From a bacterium (lineage in GTDB: Bacteria; Patescibacteriota; Minisyncoccia; Moranbacterales; UBA2206), in contig JAJYJP010000001.1 in the NCBI GenBank assembly GCA_021789395.1, forward strand, positions 1-34,665: DNA of 34,665 nucleotides, in the 5' to 3' direction. Below are positions 27,470 to 34,665 of this stretch, piece after piece. Under the pieces are notes generated by a model. The model was given only the letters and a program-made list of their open reading frames with translations. It did no database searches and was not told where the DNA came from. A program made the translations under genes and the position numbers. Each line of letters opens with the position of its first letter. The stretch's first letter is position 1.

Positions 27470-28609
27470 TTAATTTTTAATTTCTGATTTCGAAATCAGA
27501 ATTTGAGATTTTGAGATTGCGAATTCCTGAAAGGAATTCGTGACATATTCCTTTATTTTAGCTTTGAAAATCTCTTTGTCAAATTTTTTCACTCGCTCCC
27601 GGATGTAAGCCGGATCAAATCGCAACTCGTTGAATTTCTCGACTGCTTCAACGATATCCTGATAATTTTGCCGATCAAAAAATATTCCCATCCGTCCTTC
27701 TTCCATGTGCTCCGGAATATCTCCGCCGCGGAAAGCGATGAGCGGCCGCCCGGAGGCCATCGCTTCGATCGCCACAATGCCAAAATCTTCCTCTTGCGGA
27801 AAAACAAACGCCCGACACTCGGCATAATAGTGCGCTAATTCTTCATCTGGCACACGGCCCAGAAATTCAATATTGGGTCCGGCCATTTTTTTAAGTCTTT
27901 TCATCTCCGGACCGCGTCCGATAATTTTCAGTTTCAACCCCAATTCATTGAATGCTTGAATCGCAATATCCACCCGCTTGTAAGCCAAGAGCCGGCCGAC
28001 AATCAAAAAATAATCCTTTGGCTTTTCGGCTATGTAAAATTTATCGATGTTGACGGGCGGATGGATGACAAGACTGCCCTTTTTATAATATTTTTTAATC
28101 CTTTTTGCGACAAAATTGGAATTGGCAATGAGGCAATCAATTCTTTCCGCACTCACCCGGTCCCAAACCCGGATGTAATTCATCGCGAGCGGAATAGTTT
28201 TTTTAATTAAACTGGGAAAACTGAAATCATGCGTATATTTCTGACAATCGTCCCAAGCGTAACGCATCGGAGTGTGCATGTAACAAACATGCAAGGTCTC
28301 CGGTCCGGTAATGACACCCTTGGCATAGCTGGAAGAATCTGAGAGGACGATGTCGTAATCGGAAAAATCAAACTGCTCAATACCCATCGGCATGAGCTGG
28401 GGAAAAAGCCGGTGATAATTTTTAGCAAATGGAATTTTTTGGATAAAAGAAGTTTTTATCTTCTTGTCTTCGAAAACTCCGTGCATCAATTTTTTATTAT
28501 AAACCAGAGTGTAAATCGGAGCATCGGGAAAAAGCTCCGTAAAACATTCCAGAACCCTTTCCGCTCCCCCGTTTTGAACCAAGTAATCGTGAACCAGCGC
28601 GATCCGCAT
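27470..28609 (-). CDS. Glycosyltransferase family 4 (WbaZ-like)
   Basis: MRIALVHDYLVQNGGAERVL, CYMHTPMRYAWD, EEDFGIVAIEAMASG. Confidence 0.93.
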   Translation of the reverse strand: MRIALVHDYLVQNGGAERVLECFTELFPDAPIYTLVYNKKLMHGVFEDKKIKTSFIQKIPFAKNYHRLFPQLMPMGIEQFDFSDYDIVLSDSSSYAKGVITGPETLHVCYMHTPMRYAWDDCQKYTHDFSFPSLIKKTIPLAMNYIRVWDRVSAERIDCLIANSNFVAKRIKKYYKKGSLVIHPPVNIDKFYIAEKPKDYFLIVGRLLAYKRVDIAIQAFNELGLKLKIIGRGPEMKRLKKMAGPNIEFLGRVPDEELAHYYAECRAFVFPQEEDFGIVAIEAMASGRPLIAFRGGDIPEHMEEGRMGIFFDRQNYQDIVEAVEKFNELRFDPAYIRERVKKFDKEIFKAKIKEYVTNSFQEFAISKSQILISKSEIKN

Positions 28610-28678
28610 TTTGTTTCAGTTTATTTTTTTATTTCTTCTTTATTTTACCTTTTTTGCCGGTCTTTTACAAACAACAAA

Positions 28679-28704
28679 CAAAAAGAGGAGTCCCGCAGGA
28701 CTCC
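28679..28704 (-). terminator. Intrinsic terminator after the sugar transferase gene
   Basis: Minus strand GGAGTCC-tgcg-GGACTCC-TCTTTTT. Confidence 0.7.
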
Positions 28705-28722
28705 CCGATTTTTACTACAAAC

Positions 28723-30138
28723 CTATAGGTTGTTTCTTTTTCGAAACACCACCCCGACCGTTTTCAAACAGATATGGATATCCATCCAGAGCGACCAGTT
28801 CTCGATGTAATAGAGATCCAGCTTATATTCGTCTTCGAAATCCAGATCTGACCGGCCGGAAACTTGCGCCATTCCTGTCACTCCCGGCTTGATCGTCAGG
28901 AGCCGCCGATGGTAATCCATATATTTTTCCACTTCCCGTTTCTGGTGCGGCCGTGGACCAACCAGACTCATCGATCCGAAAAGCACATTAAAGAATTGCG
29001 GCAGCTCATCGATTGAATATTTTTCAATAAAGTTTCCGACGCGCGTCTTGCGCGGATCATTCTTGATTTTATAAAGCGGCCCGCGGCGGACGCTTTGCTT
29101 CTCTATGAGCTCTTTTTCAAATTGAAGCGCTTCTTCCAGTTTGGGATTTTCTTTCGTAACGCAATATTTCCATTTCATATAACGAAACTTATAGACAAAA
29201 AATTTCTTTCCGTCATTGCCAACCCTTTCATTTTTATAAATGATCGGGCCCTCGCTCTCAATCCAAATCGCCAGTGCCGTTATCAACATTATCGGGGAGG
29301 TAATGACGATAGCAACAAAAGAAACGATGACATCGAAAACCCGCTTTAAGATTTTTCCCCAGCCGTCCAGGGGCGTGTGTTTAACTTCGATCAAAGGTTC
29401 GCCATTCAAAACCCCGACTTCATATTGAGAAGTCTGCAACGTGGTCGGAATATATTTATAATTGATACCGTTGATCGCGCAGTAATCTATGAGCTTCTCT
29501 TGTTCATCATCCGTCACAGACGGTTCGCATAAGATAATCTCATCAATACCCTTTTCCTGCTCTATGCCCTTAACCACTTTCAAATGGGCCGTTTCGATCT
29601 GATCGACGACCCGGTAACCCATGTTTTTATTCCGCTTGATCAGTCTCGAGATTGAATCGATTTTCCCGTTGTTTCCTATCAGCAAAACTCGATGGACACC
29701 AATTCCTCGGTAACGCAACAGCCATTTCTGCATCAGCTGTAAAACATAGCGGGCAATGACAACGTAGACAACCGCCAAACCCCAGGCGCTTAAAATGATA
29801 AAACGCGAAGAAAACCATTCGCGCTGTAAAAAGATGGCAACGATTATAATGACCAGCCCGATCGAAGTCGCATTGAATACCCGGAAAGTTTCTTTCCAAA
29901 ACTTTCTGGTAACCCGAATATCGTAAAGTCCTTCAAGGGCGTAAATGATTATGAAAAGCGGAACGACCGCCAGAACGACTTGGATATAAGCATGGAAAGG
30001 AAATTTGTACAAGATCGGCTTCAAAGCGATAATTTCCGGAACATTCCTGATTGAAAAAGCGGTGATCGCCGCCAGAACTATCATTACAAAATCAACGGGA
30101 ACTTGCAGCGCGCTAAAAAATAATTCGGATCTTTTCAT
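28723..30138 (-). CDS. Polyprenyl-phosphate sugar-1-phosphate transferase (WbaP/WcaJ/CpsE family)
   Basis: 4+1 TM layout; [58 protein letters not shown]. Confidence 0.95.
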   Translation of the reverse strand: MKRSELFFSALQVPVDFVMIVLAAITAFSIRNVPEIIALKPILYKFPFHAYIQVVLAVVPLFIIIYALEGLYDIRVTRKFWKETFRVFNATSIGLVIIIVAIFLQREWFSSRFIILSAWGLAVVYVVIARYVLQLMQKWLLRYRGIGVHRVLLIGNNGKIDSISRLIKRNKNMGYRVVDQIETAHLKVVKGIEQEKGIDEIILCEPSVTDDEQEKLIDYCAINGINYKYIPTTLQTSQYEVGVLNGEPLIEVKHTPLDGWGKILKRVFDVIVSFVAIVITSPIMLITALAIWIESEGPIIYKNERVGNDGKKFFVYKFRYMKWKYCVTKENPKLEEALQFEKELIEKQSVRRGPLYKIKNDPRKTRVGNFIEKYSIDELPQFFNVLFGSMSLVGPRPHQKREVEKYMDYHRRLLTIKPGVTGMAQVSGRSDLDFEDEYKLDLYYIENWSLWMDIHICLKTVGVVFRKRNNL

Positions 30139-30144
30139 AAAATA

Positions 30145-30174
30145 ATTCTAGCATTAACCGAACAAAACGGGCAA
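30145..30174 (-). promoter_or_regulatory. Extended -10 promoter, apparently leaderless
   Basis: TTGCCC-18 nt-TAGAAT with TGn, then 6 nt, then ATG 30138. Confidence 0.6.
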
Positions 30175-30217
30175 CTGGATAAAATTTCTTTTCTAACAGC
30201 ATTGAATTTAAAATTTA

Positions 30218-30551
30218 TCAAAGCAAATCTGTAAGCCGGATTTTGTCGAGGACAATCATTTATCTGGTCCTGTCATTACTGACAGGATCAAGCGGCACTT
30301 CTAGTGCTTCCTAGGGGAGAACTAGACACGACCTTGCATTCAGGTAAGGATTTAGCCGTTTCACTCCCGGCGTTTCCGTCGGGACTATCCCCGAAGGGAT
30401 CCGCAAGCCTTTCAACCCGCGGCGTCTCTGCTCGCACCTCTCGAGTTTCCTCGGACGGGCGTTACCCGCTACCTTTCCCCGCCTAACGGGGCGAATGTCC
30501 GGACTTTCCTCAATCCCGCAAGCGGAATTGTAATTGTCTAATTTGCTTTGA
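30218..30551 (-). ncRNA. rnpB: RNase P RNA (~334 nt)
   Basis: Minus strand has GAGGAAAGUCCGGA and ACAAAAUCCGGCUUA (P4 halves), P1 UCAAAGCAAAU/AUUUGCUUUGA, P2 GACAAUUA/UGAUUGUC, GUGAAAC, a P18 hairpin with GUAA loop, and AGAUAAAUGA. Confidence 0.95.
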
Positions 30552-30584
30552 CAAAGCCTAAATTCAATGCGAAATAACTATTTT

Positions 30585-30613
30585 ATAATAGGTTATTTTG
30601 CAAGTTTTGTCAA
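30585..30613 (-). promoter_or_regulatory. rnpB promoter
   Basis: TTGACA-17 nt-TATTAT about 33 nt upstream of P1. Confidence 0.75.
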
Positions 30614-30691
30614 TCTGTTTTTGCGTTAAAAAATCGCGCCTAAATATGTCCGATTTTTAATTTTAGAGACTTGATGACCTAAATTCAACAT

Positions 30692-31792
30692 TTACTCGGC
30701 CTCCATCCGCTTCAACATATTCGCCAACCGTGATTCAGATAAGCATTGCGCTCCGGGCGGATCGGCTATTTTTTGCAAAATCATTTTTTTCTCACCATTG
30801 CTTTTGAAAAGTCCGAAATCATATTCCGGCGAAAAGGTCTTACCGATGATTTTTCCGAACCAATCTTCCGGCTCTTCGTCGGTCAGCTCGAAGAAACACA
30901 CTTCCGCCGGCAAGCGATCGCCTCTTTTTTTCAATTCTTCCAATATTTTGCGCAATGCCTTAAAAAAAGACTCGAAGAACTCCACTTGCTTTTTTTCATT
31001 CCCCCAAAATCCATTAGTCGGAAAGCCCACCTCGCCTATCTCGTATTCAACCTCCCAATTAGAGATCGTCTCAAAAACTTCCTGAAGTTTATCTAATTGC
31101 CCGAACCAGTTACTGCGTTGCCATCCTGCCTCCCGGATCGGCCAATGCCAAAGACCGGGAAAATAATTAAGACTCACGACATCGAAATTATCTCTGATTT
31201 TTTCAAATTCTTTGAGATAGTCGTCGATCCAGACGCCCAAACGGAAAATCGATGTCAAATTTCCCACCAGCAAAGATGCAACGATTTTAATATCAGGATT
31301 ATAGTCAAAAAAAATTTTCCGCGTAATCCGGCAGAGTCTGGGCAAATCTTCCGCATTGATCGGATTATAAACAAAATTGTTCAGTTCATTTAAGATTTGA
31401 ATTTTGCCAATTTTGTACCCAGGATCCGCTTCCAGATATTTTTTAACTTCTTCAATGTATCGCTCATAAGCCTCGAAAAATTTTATCCTATCTTTTTTGT
31501 AAAATTCGATTGCCCAACGGGGCGGATTGGAAAATATGATGGTTGGCGGGTTTAGCCCGCTTTTTTCCATTACGCCTTTGGCTGCCGCATAGCGATTGAG
31601 TTGATCATGGTCAAACTCCCCCGGTTCAGGTTCGATCTTTTTCCAATGCCAGTCATAATGTATCGCTTCAATCCCTTCTTTCGGAAGACTCGAGTAAATT
31701 TTCCGCAACCTTTCCGAATTCGCCAGAGTTACGTAATCCACGCTGTGATCAATAGCGGAAAATCTCAGGTTGAACTGCGGATCTTTGGCCAT
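30692..31792 (-). CDS. Clan GH-A glycoside hydrolase (family unresolved)
   Basis: W..IEPEPGEFD, PPRWA, QILNELN (acid/base), LNYFPG, IGEVGFPT (nucleophile), FGLF; no signal peptide. Confidence 0.75.
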   Translation of the reverse strand: MAKDPQFNLRFSAIDHSVDYVTLANSERLRKIYSSLPKEGIEAIHYDWHWKKIEPEPGEFDHDQLNRYAAAKGVMEKSGLNPPTIIFSNPPRWAIEFYKKDRIKFFEAYERYIEEVKKYLEADPGYKIGKIQILNELNNFVYNPINAEDLPRLCRITRKIFFDYNPDIKIVASLLVGNLTSIFRLGVWIDDYLKEFEKIRDNFDVVSLNYFPGLWHWPIREAGWQRSNWFGQLDKLQEVFETISNWEVEYEIGEVGFPTNGFWGNEKKQVEFFESFFKALRKILEELKKRGDRLPAEVCFFELTDEEPEDWFGKIIGKTFSPEYDFGLFKSNGEKKMILQKIADPPGAQCLSESRLANMLKRMEAE

Positions 31793-31924
31793 ACTTTTGA
31801 ATTATTGACTTTATCCATTTACTACAAAAAATCCGCCCGAATATTAAAATCGGATGTTTCAGGGTTTCTGCAGTTAAATGTCCGCTTGTTTGTATTAGGT
31901 TATACAAAAATAATAAGCGCCTCC

Positions 31925-32476
31925 ATGCTTCACAAACCAGACCTGAAAGAAAATTTATTTTTCCTGTTTTCCGGAATGGTCATCAGCGTTCCATTTCCCT
32001 TTCTCGTGGAAAATGTAACGGCCTATTTTTTTAGCACAAGACTGCCACCCACCATAGCGGACATTATTTTGGTCGCATTGATCGCGCCGGTCTTTGAAGA
32101 ATTTGCCAAGGCTTATCCGCTTTTTTACCGCCATAGCGAAACGGAAAGGAGCCTTTTTAAGATGGGACTCCTGACCGGACTGGGTTTTGGCATTGCCGAG
32201 ATGCTTTTTTATGTCATCGGCGCCGGCGTTCCGATCCTCGCCCGCTTGCCGGCCCTTATCTTTCACGCCACGAATACCTCGATCGTCGGTTACGGCGTCG
32301 CCAAGAAAAAAGATTTTGCTTTTTATTCGATCGCGGTCGGTCTCCATTTCCTGAACAATATCTCGGCAATGTTCGGAATGGCCTGGGTTTTTATCGGCAT
32401 TCCAGCCACTTTGGCCTCTTACTTTTTATCGATCTATCTTTACAATAAAACGACTGAACGAGTTAAAAGTTTTTAG
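31925..32476 (+). CDS. PrsW-family intramembrane glutamic protease
   Basis: APVFEEFAK (EExxK), GLGFGIAE (FxxxE), FHAT, LHFLNN (HxxxN). Start reset to ATG 31925. Confidence 0.88.
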   Translation: MLHKPDLKENLFFLFSGMVISVPFPFLVENVTAYFFSTRLPPTIADIILVALIAPVFEEFAKAYPLFYRHSETERSLFKMGLLTGLGFGIAEMLFYVIGAGVPILARLPALIFHATNTSIVGYGVAKKKDFAFYSIAVGLHFLNNISAMFGMAWVFIGIPATLASYFLSIYLYNKTTERVKSF

Positions 32477-32479
32477 GAA

Positions 32480-33661
32480 TTATTTTAAAGTTTTGTTTAA
32501 CATCGGAAAAAGTTGCGGATCAGAAGAACCGTCGATCTTGAACAGACTTATGCCCTCGATATGCAAAGTTTGCGCTATGGAAATTTTCTGTCGAATAGAT
32601 GCGGCGTCTTCAAAAGTCACCAGATGCTCGCCGTCAGACGCCAGATAAGTAAAGGAGAGTTCTCCGCCCGACGTTCTTTGCGGAACAACGTTGTGCGCCT
32701 TAGCTTCGGCTATCGCCGCCGGATAACTGATGCTGCCAATGTCAGTGTATTCGTAAGTGTTTGCGGTTTTTGTAACGTGAAATTCCCATCCGTATGTTGG
32801 AATCCCCAGAATTAATTTCTGCGGAGAAATATAACGCAGTGCATATTCCAGCACTTGCTTTACCCATTGATTATCGGCGTTGGGCGCGTACGGGCTGGAT
32901 GCCGTGTTTTCAAAACTCTGCGCCCGATAAACCTGAAAGACTTCGTCATAGGCCATCACCCGAACACTATCGCAATATTGGTCCAAGGCGGAAAAATCAT
33001 TGGCATAACTCATCGCCCGCGTACCGGTCCACCCGGTCGGCGGCAAATCTTGCGTGCGCGCTTCGACCGTACAATCCAGAGTTTTGCCCAAGGGCTGTAA
33101 TTTCTGATGGAGATCCTCGAGGAACGAGGAAAAATTATTCCGATCGGCAACATCCTTTCCTTCGTAATCAATATCGACGCCGGGAAAATTATTTTTCTTA
33201 AGCATGCTGACAATCGCATCGATATGATTATCCAAAAGCGTCGGATCAGTAAACACTTTGTGCATCGCCAGAGCGTCGGTCCACAGGATCGTCGGCACGA
33301 CTTGGACATTCGCAGCTTTAGCTTCTTGGAACAGCTGCGACCACGGCGCAGAATTTATTTGTGCCGTATCGATCAAACTGCCGTCCGGAGCAACGCTAAA
33401 AGCGAACGGATTGATTTCGCTGAAGAGATTTAAATTTCCCTGCAAAGAAGCCACACCTTCGGTTTTCCGCCAATACGGAATCCAGCCAGAAACAAAAAAC
33501 GAATTATCGCCAGGAGAAACTGCGGCTATTTTTTTCGCGTCGGATACTGCAGTTTTTTTCTGGTCAGGACTTTTTTTATTCGTGGAATAAAAAATTAGAC
33601 TTGTCGCCAAAAGCGCCAAAACAAAAGCAATTAGAACAACAAAATTAATTTTTCTTAACAT
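32480..33661 (-). CDS. Glycoside hydrolase family 18, exported or membrane anchored
   Basis: N-terminal hydrophobic segment; FPGVDIDYE catalytic motif, VMAYD, KLILGIPTYG, FEDAASIRQK. Confidence 0.9.
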   Translation of the reverse strand: MLRKINFVVLIAFVLALLATSLIFYSTNKKSPDQKKTAVSDAKKIAAVSPGDNSFFVSGWIPYWRKTEGVASLQGNLNLFSEINPFAFSVAPDGSLIDTAQINSAPWSQLFQEAKAANVQVVPTILWTDALAMHKVFTDPTLLDNHIDAIVSMLKKNNFPGVDIDYEGKDVADRNNFSSFLEDLHQKLQPLGKTLDCTVEARTQDLPPTGWTGTRAMSYANDFSALDQYCDSVRVMAYDEVFQVYRAQSFENTASSPYAPNADNQWVKQVLEYALRYISPQKLILGIPTYGWEFHVTKTANTYEYTDIGSISYPAAIAEAKAHNVVPQRTSGGELSFTYLASDGEHLVTFEDAASIRQKISIAQTLHIEGISLFKIDGSSDPQLFPMLNKTLK

Positions 33662-33700
33662 GATTGCTTATTTTCCCATATCTCCCGATAAAAATCAATA

Positions 33701-34102
33701 CTACTTTTCAGTCGTTTTTCCGCCGAATTCATCTGTCATATCGGCCATGGCATCATTCTTTGTTTTGTGCACCACGCCGTCTCGATGTTCCGGTGGAGAG
33801 TAAATTGTGTAGATCTTCATCGGTTCTGCAGTTGAAGTGTTGATGATATTGTGTCTGGTTCCGGCCGGAATCACGATCGCATAACCGTCTGCAATAGCGT
33901 GCTCCGCGCCATCCAGAGCTGCTTTGCCCGCACCTTTTTCGATCCGGATAAATTGGTCAAGTGCGTGCACCTCCTCTCCAATCTCTTCGTTGGGTAAAAG
34001 GCTCATCACCACCAATTGGCTATGTTTGGCCGTATAGAGAACTTTGCGAAAATTGTCATTTTCTTCCGTCACTTTTTCTATATTTGCAATATATCCTTTC
34101 AT
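33701..34102 (-). CDS. Cupin domain protein
   Basis: NFRKVLYT..SQLVVMSL..IGEEVH..DQFIRIEKG..IPAGTRHNIIN..YSPPEH. Confidence 0.9.
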   Translation of the reverse strand: MKGYIANIEKVTEENDNFRKVLYTAKHSQLVVMSLLPNEEIGEEVHALDQFIRIEKGAGKAALDGAEHAIADGYAIVIPAGTRHNIINTSTAEPMKIYTIYSPPEHRDGVVHKTKNDAMADMTDEFGGKTTEK

Positions 34103-34134
34103 ATTTTTAATAATTTAGTTTATTTTATTCCGAC

Positions 34135-34165
34135 AAAAGACCGGATCCTCCTTGTCCGGCCTTTT
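34135..34165. terminator. Probable terminator after the SPW gene
   Basis: AAAAG-a-CCGGA-9 nt-TCCGG-c-CTTTT. Confidence 0.6.
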
Positions 34166-34181
34166 GCTTTTCAAAATTTCA

Positions 34182-34559
34182 TTATCTTCTTTCGTCTTTG
34201 TCCTTATCCTTATCATGACCAGCGTGAACCATTGCGGCAGAACCGCTCCAACCGCTAAAAACTATCACGAGAACACCGGTTATGATATCGCTCCACAATA
34301 GACCCGCGTTACTTCCGAACAAAAAAGGAGAAATTACAAGCCAGACACCCAAAATAATGTTGATCCAGGTGATCCCCCCTGTCGTTTCCGGCGTAAACGC
34401 CCGGATCAACGATACGATTGCGACAATGATACCGACAATCACAGCGTTAGTAGCCTGCCCTGCATTGGGAAAAATTATCACCAACGGCGAAATGATCAAC
34501 CATATTCCCAATATGATATTTATGATGCTCGCGGTTGTAGATTGAGTTCTATCAGCCAT
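34182..34559 (-). CDS. SPW repeat membrane protein
   Basis: Two repeats INIILGIWLIISPL / WINIILGVWLVISPF; strong SD AAGGAGGTGA. Confidence 0.88.
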   Translation of the reverse strand: MADRTQSTTASIINIILGIWLIISPLVIIFPNAGQATNAVIVGIIVAIVSLIRAFTPETTGGITWINIILGVWLVISPFLFGSNAGLLWSDIITGVLVIVFSGWSGSAAMVHAGHDKDKDKDERR

Positions 34560-34665
34560 AATATCACCTCCTTCTTTAGTTGATTTTAATTTATTAATTT
34601 ATTAAAAAATATGCAATTTTTATTACAAATCCTTTACTTCTTTATTTCTTTCTATTTCTATTTCA

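Noticed and set aside
28611..28892. 93-aa plus-strand ORF
   Set aside because: It spans a terminator and the antisense end of the sugar transferase, and has low-complexity sequence.
30304..30486. 60-aa plus-strand ORF
   Set aside because: It lies antisense within the RNase P RNA.
31601..31924. N-terminal extension of the PrsW ORF given in the track
   Set aside because: It overlaps the opposite-strand GH gene and the divergent intergenic region; the PrsW domain begins near ATG 31925.
1..34665. CRISPR array, tRNA, rRNA, or alternative genetic code (TGA=Gly)
   Set aside because: No repeat-spacer periodicity or cloverleafs were found by eye. Long conserved genes read through intact under the standard code, and TGA ends the 7981 ORF just before a terminator-like hairpin.

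Overview
This is a gene-dense bacterial window with almost all genes on the minus strand, read in the standard genetic code. Gene content, AT-rich starts lacking Shine-Dalgarno (SD) sites and a compact RNase P RNA suggest Patescibacteria/CPR, probably Parcubacteria (inference only). It contains five blocks. (1) A nucleotide-sugar block: a Wzz-like gene, rfbC-rfbB-rfbD-glyA-rfbA-galU and a partial GT4. (2) An accessory three-gene cassette of unknown exported proteins (7981-10626) with strong SD sites and boxA-like leaders; it has features of a curli-like or beta-pore secretion system. (3) A proteostasis block in which clpB is flanked by a catalytically intact HtrA lacking PDZ and a PDZ-bearing HtrA that has lost all three catalytic residues. 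Nearby are ferredoxin, a PrsA/SurA-like foldase, ftsB-like, an unannotated 37-aa membrane peptide and lepA. (4) A surface-polysaccharide cluster: WbaP/WcaJ-type transferase, three GT4s, Wzz-like, DUF4012-like and murJ. (5) rnpB, a clan GH-A hydrolase, a PrsW-family protease, GH18, a cupin and an SPW-repeat protein. I saw no tRNA, rRNA, CRISPR array, transposase or integrase. The most interesting items are the secreted cassette, the complementary HtrA pair, a CxxxCxxC insert in RmlD, apparent leaderless promoters and the atypical RNase P RNA. All family calls come from motif recognition by eye; no searches were run.
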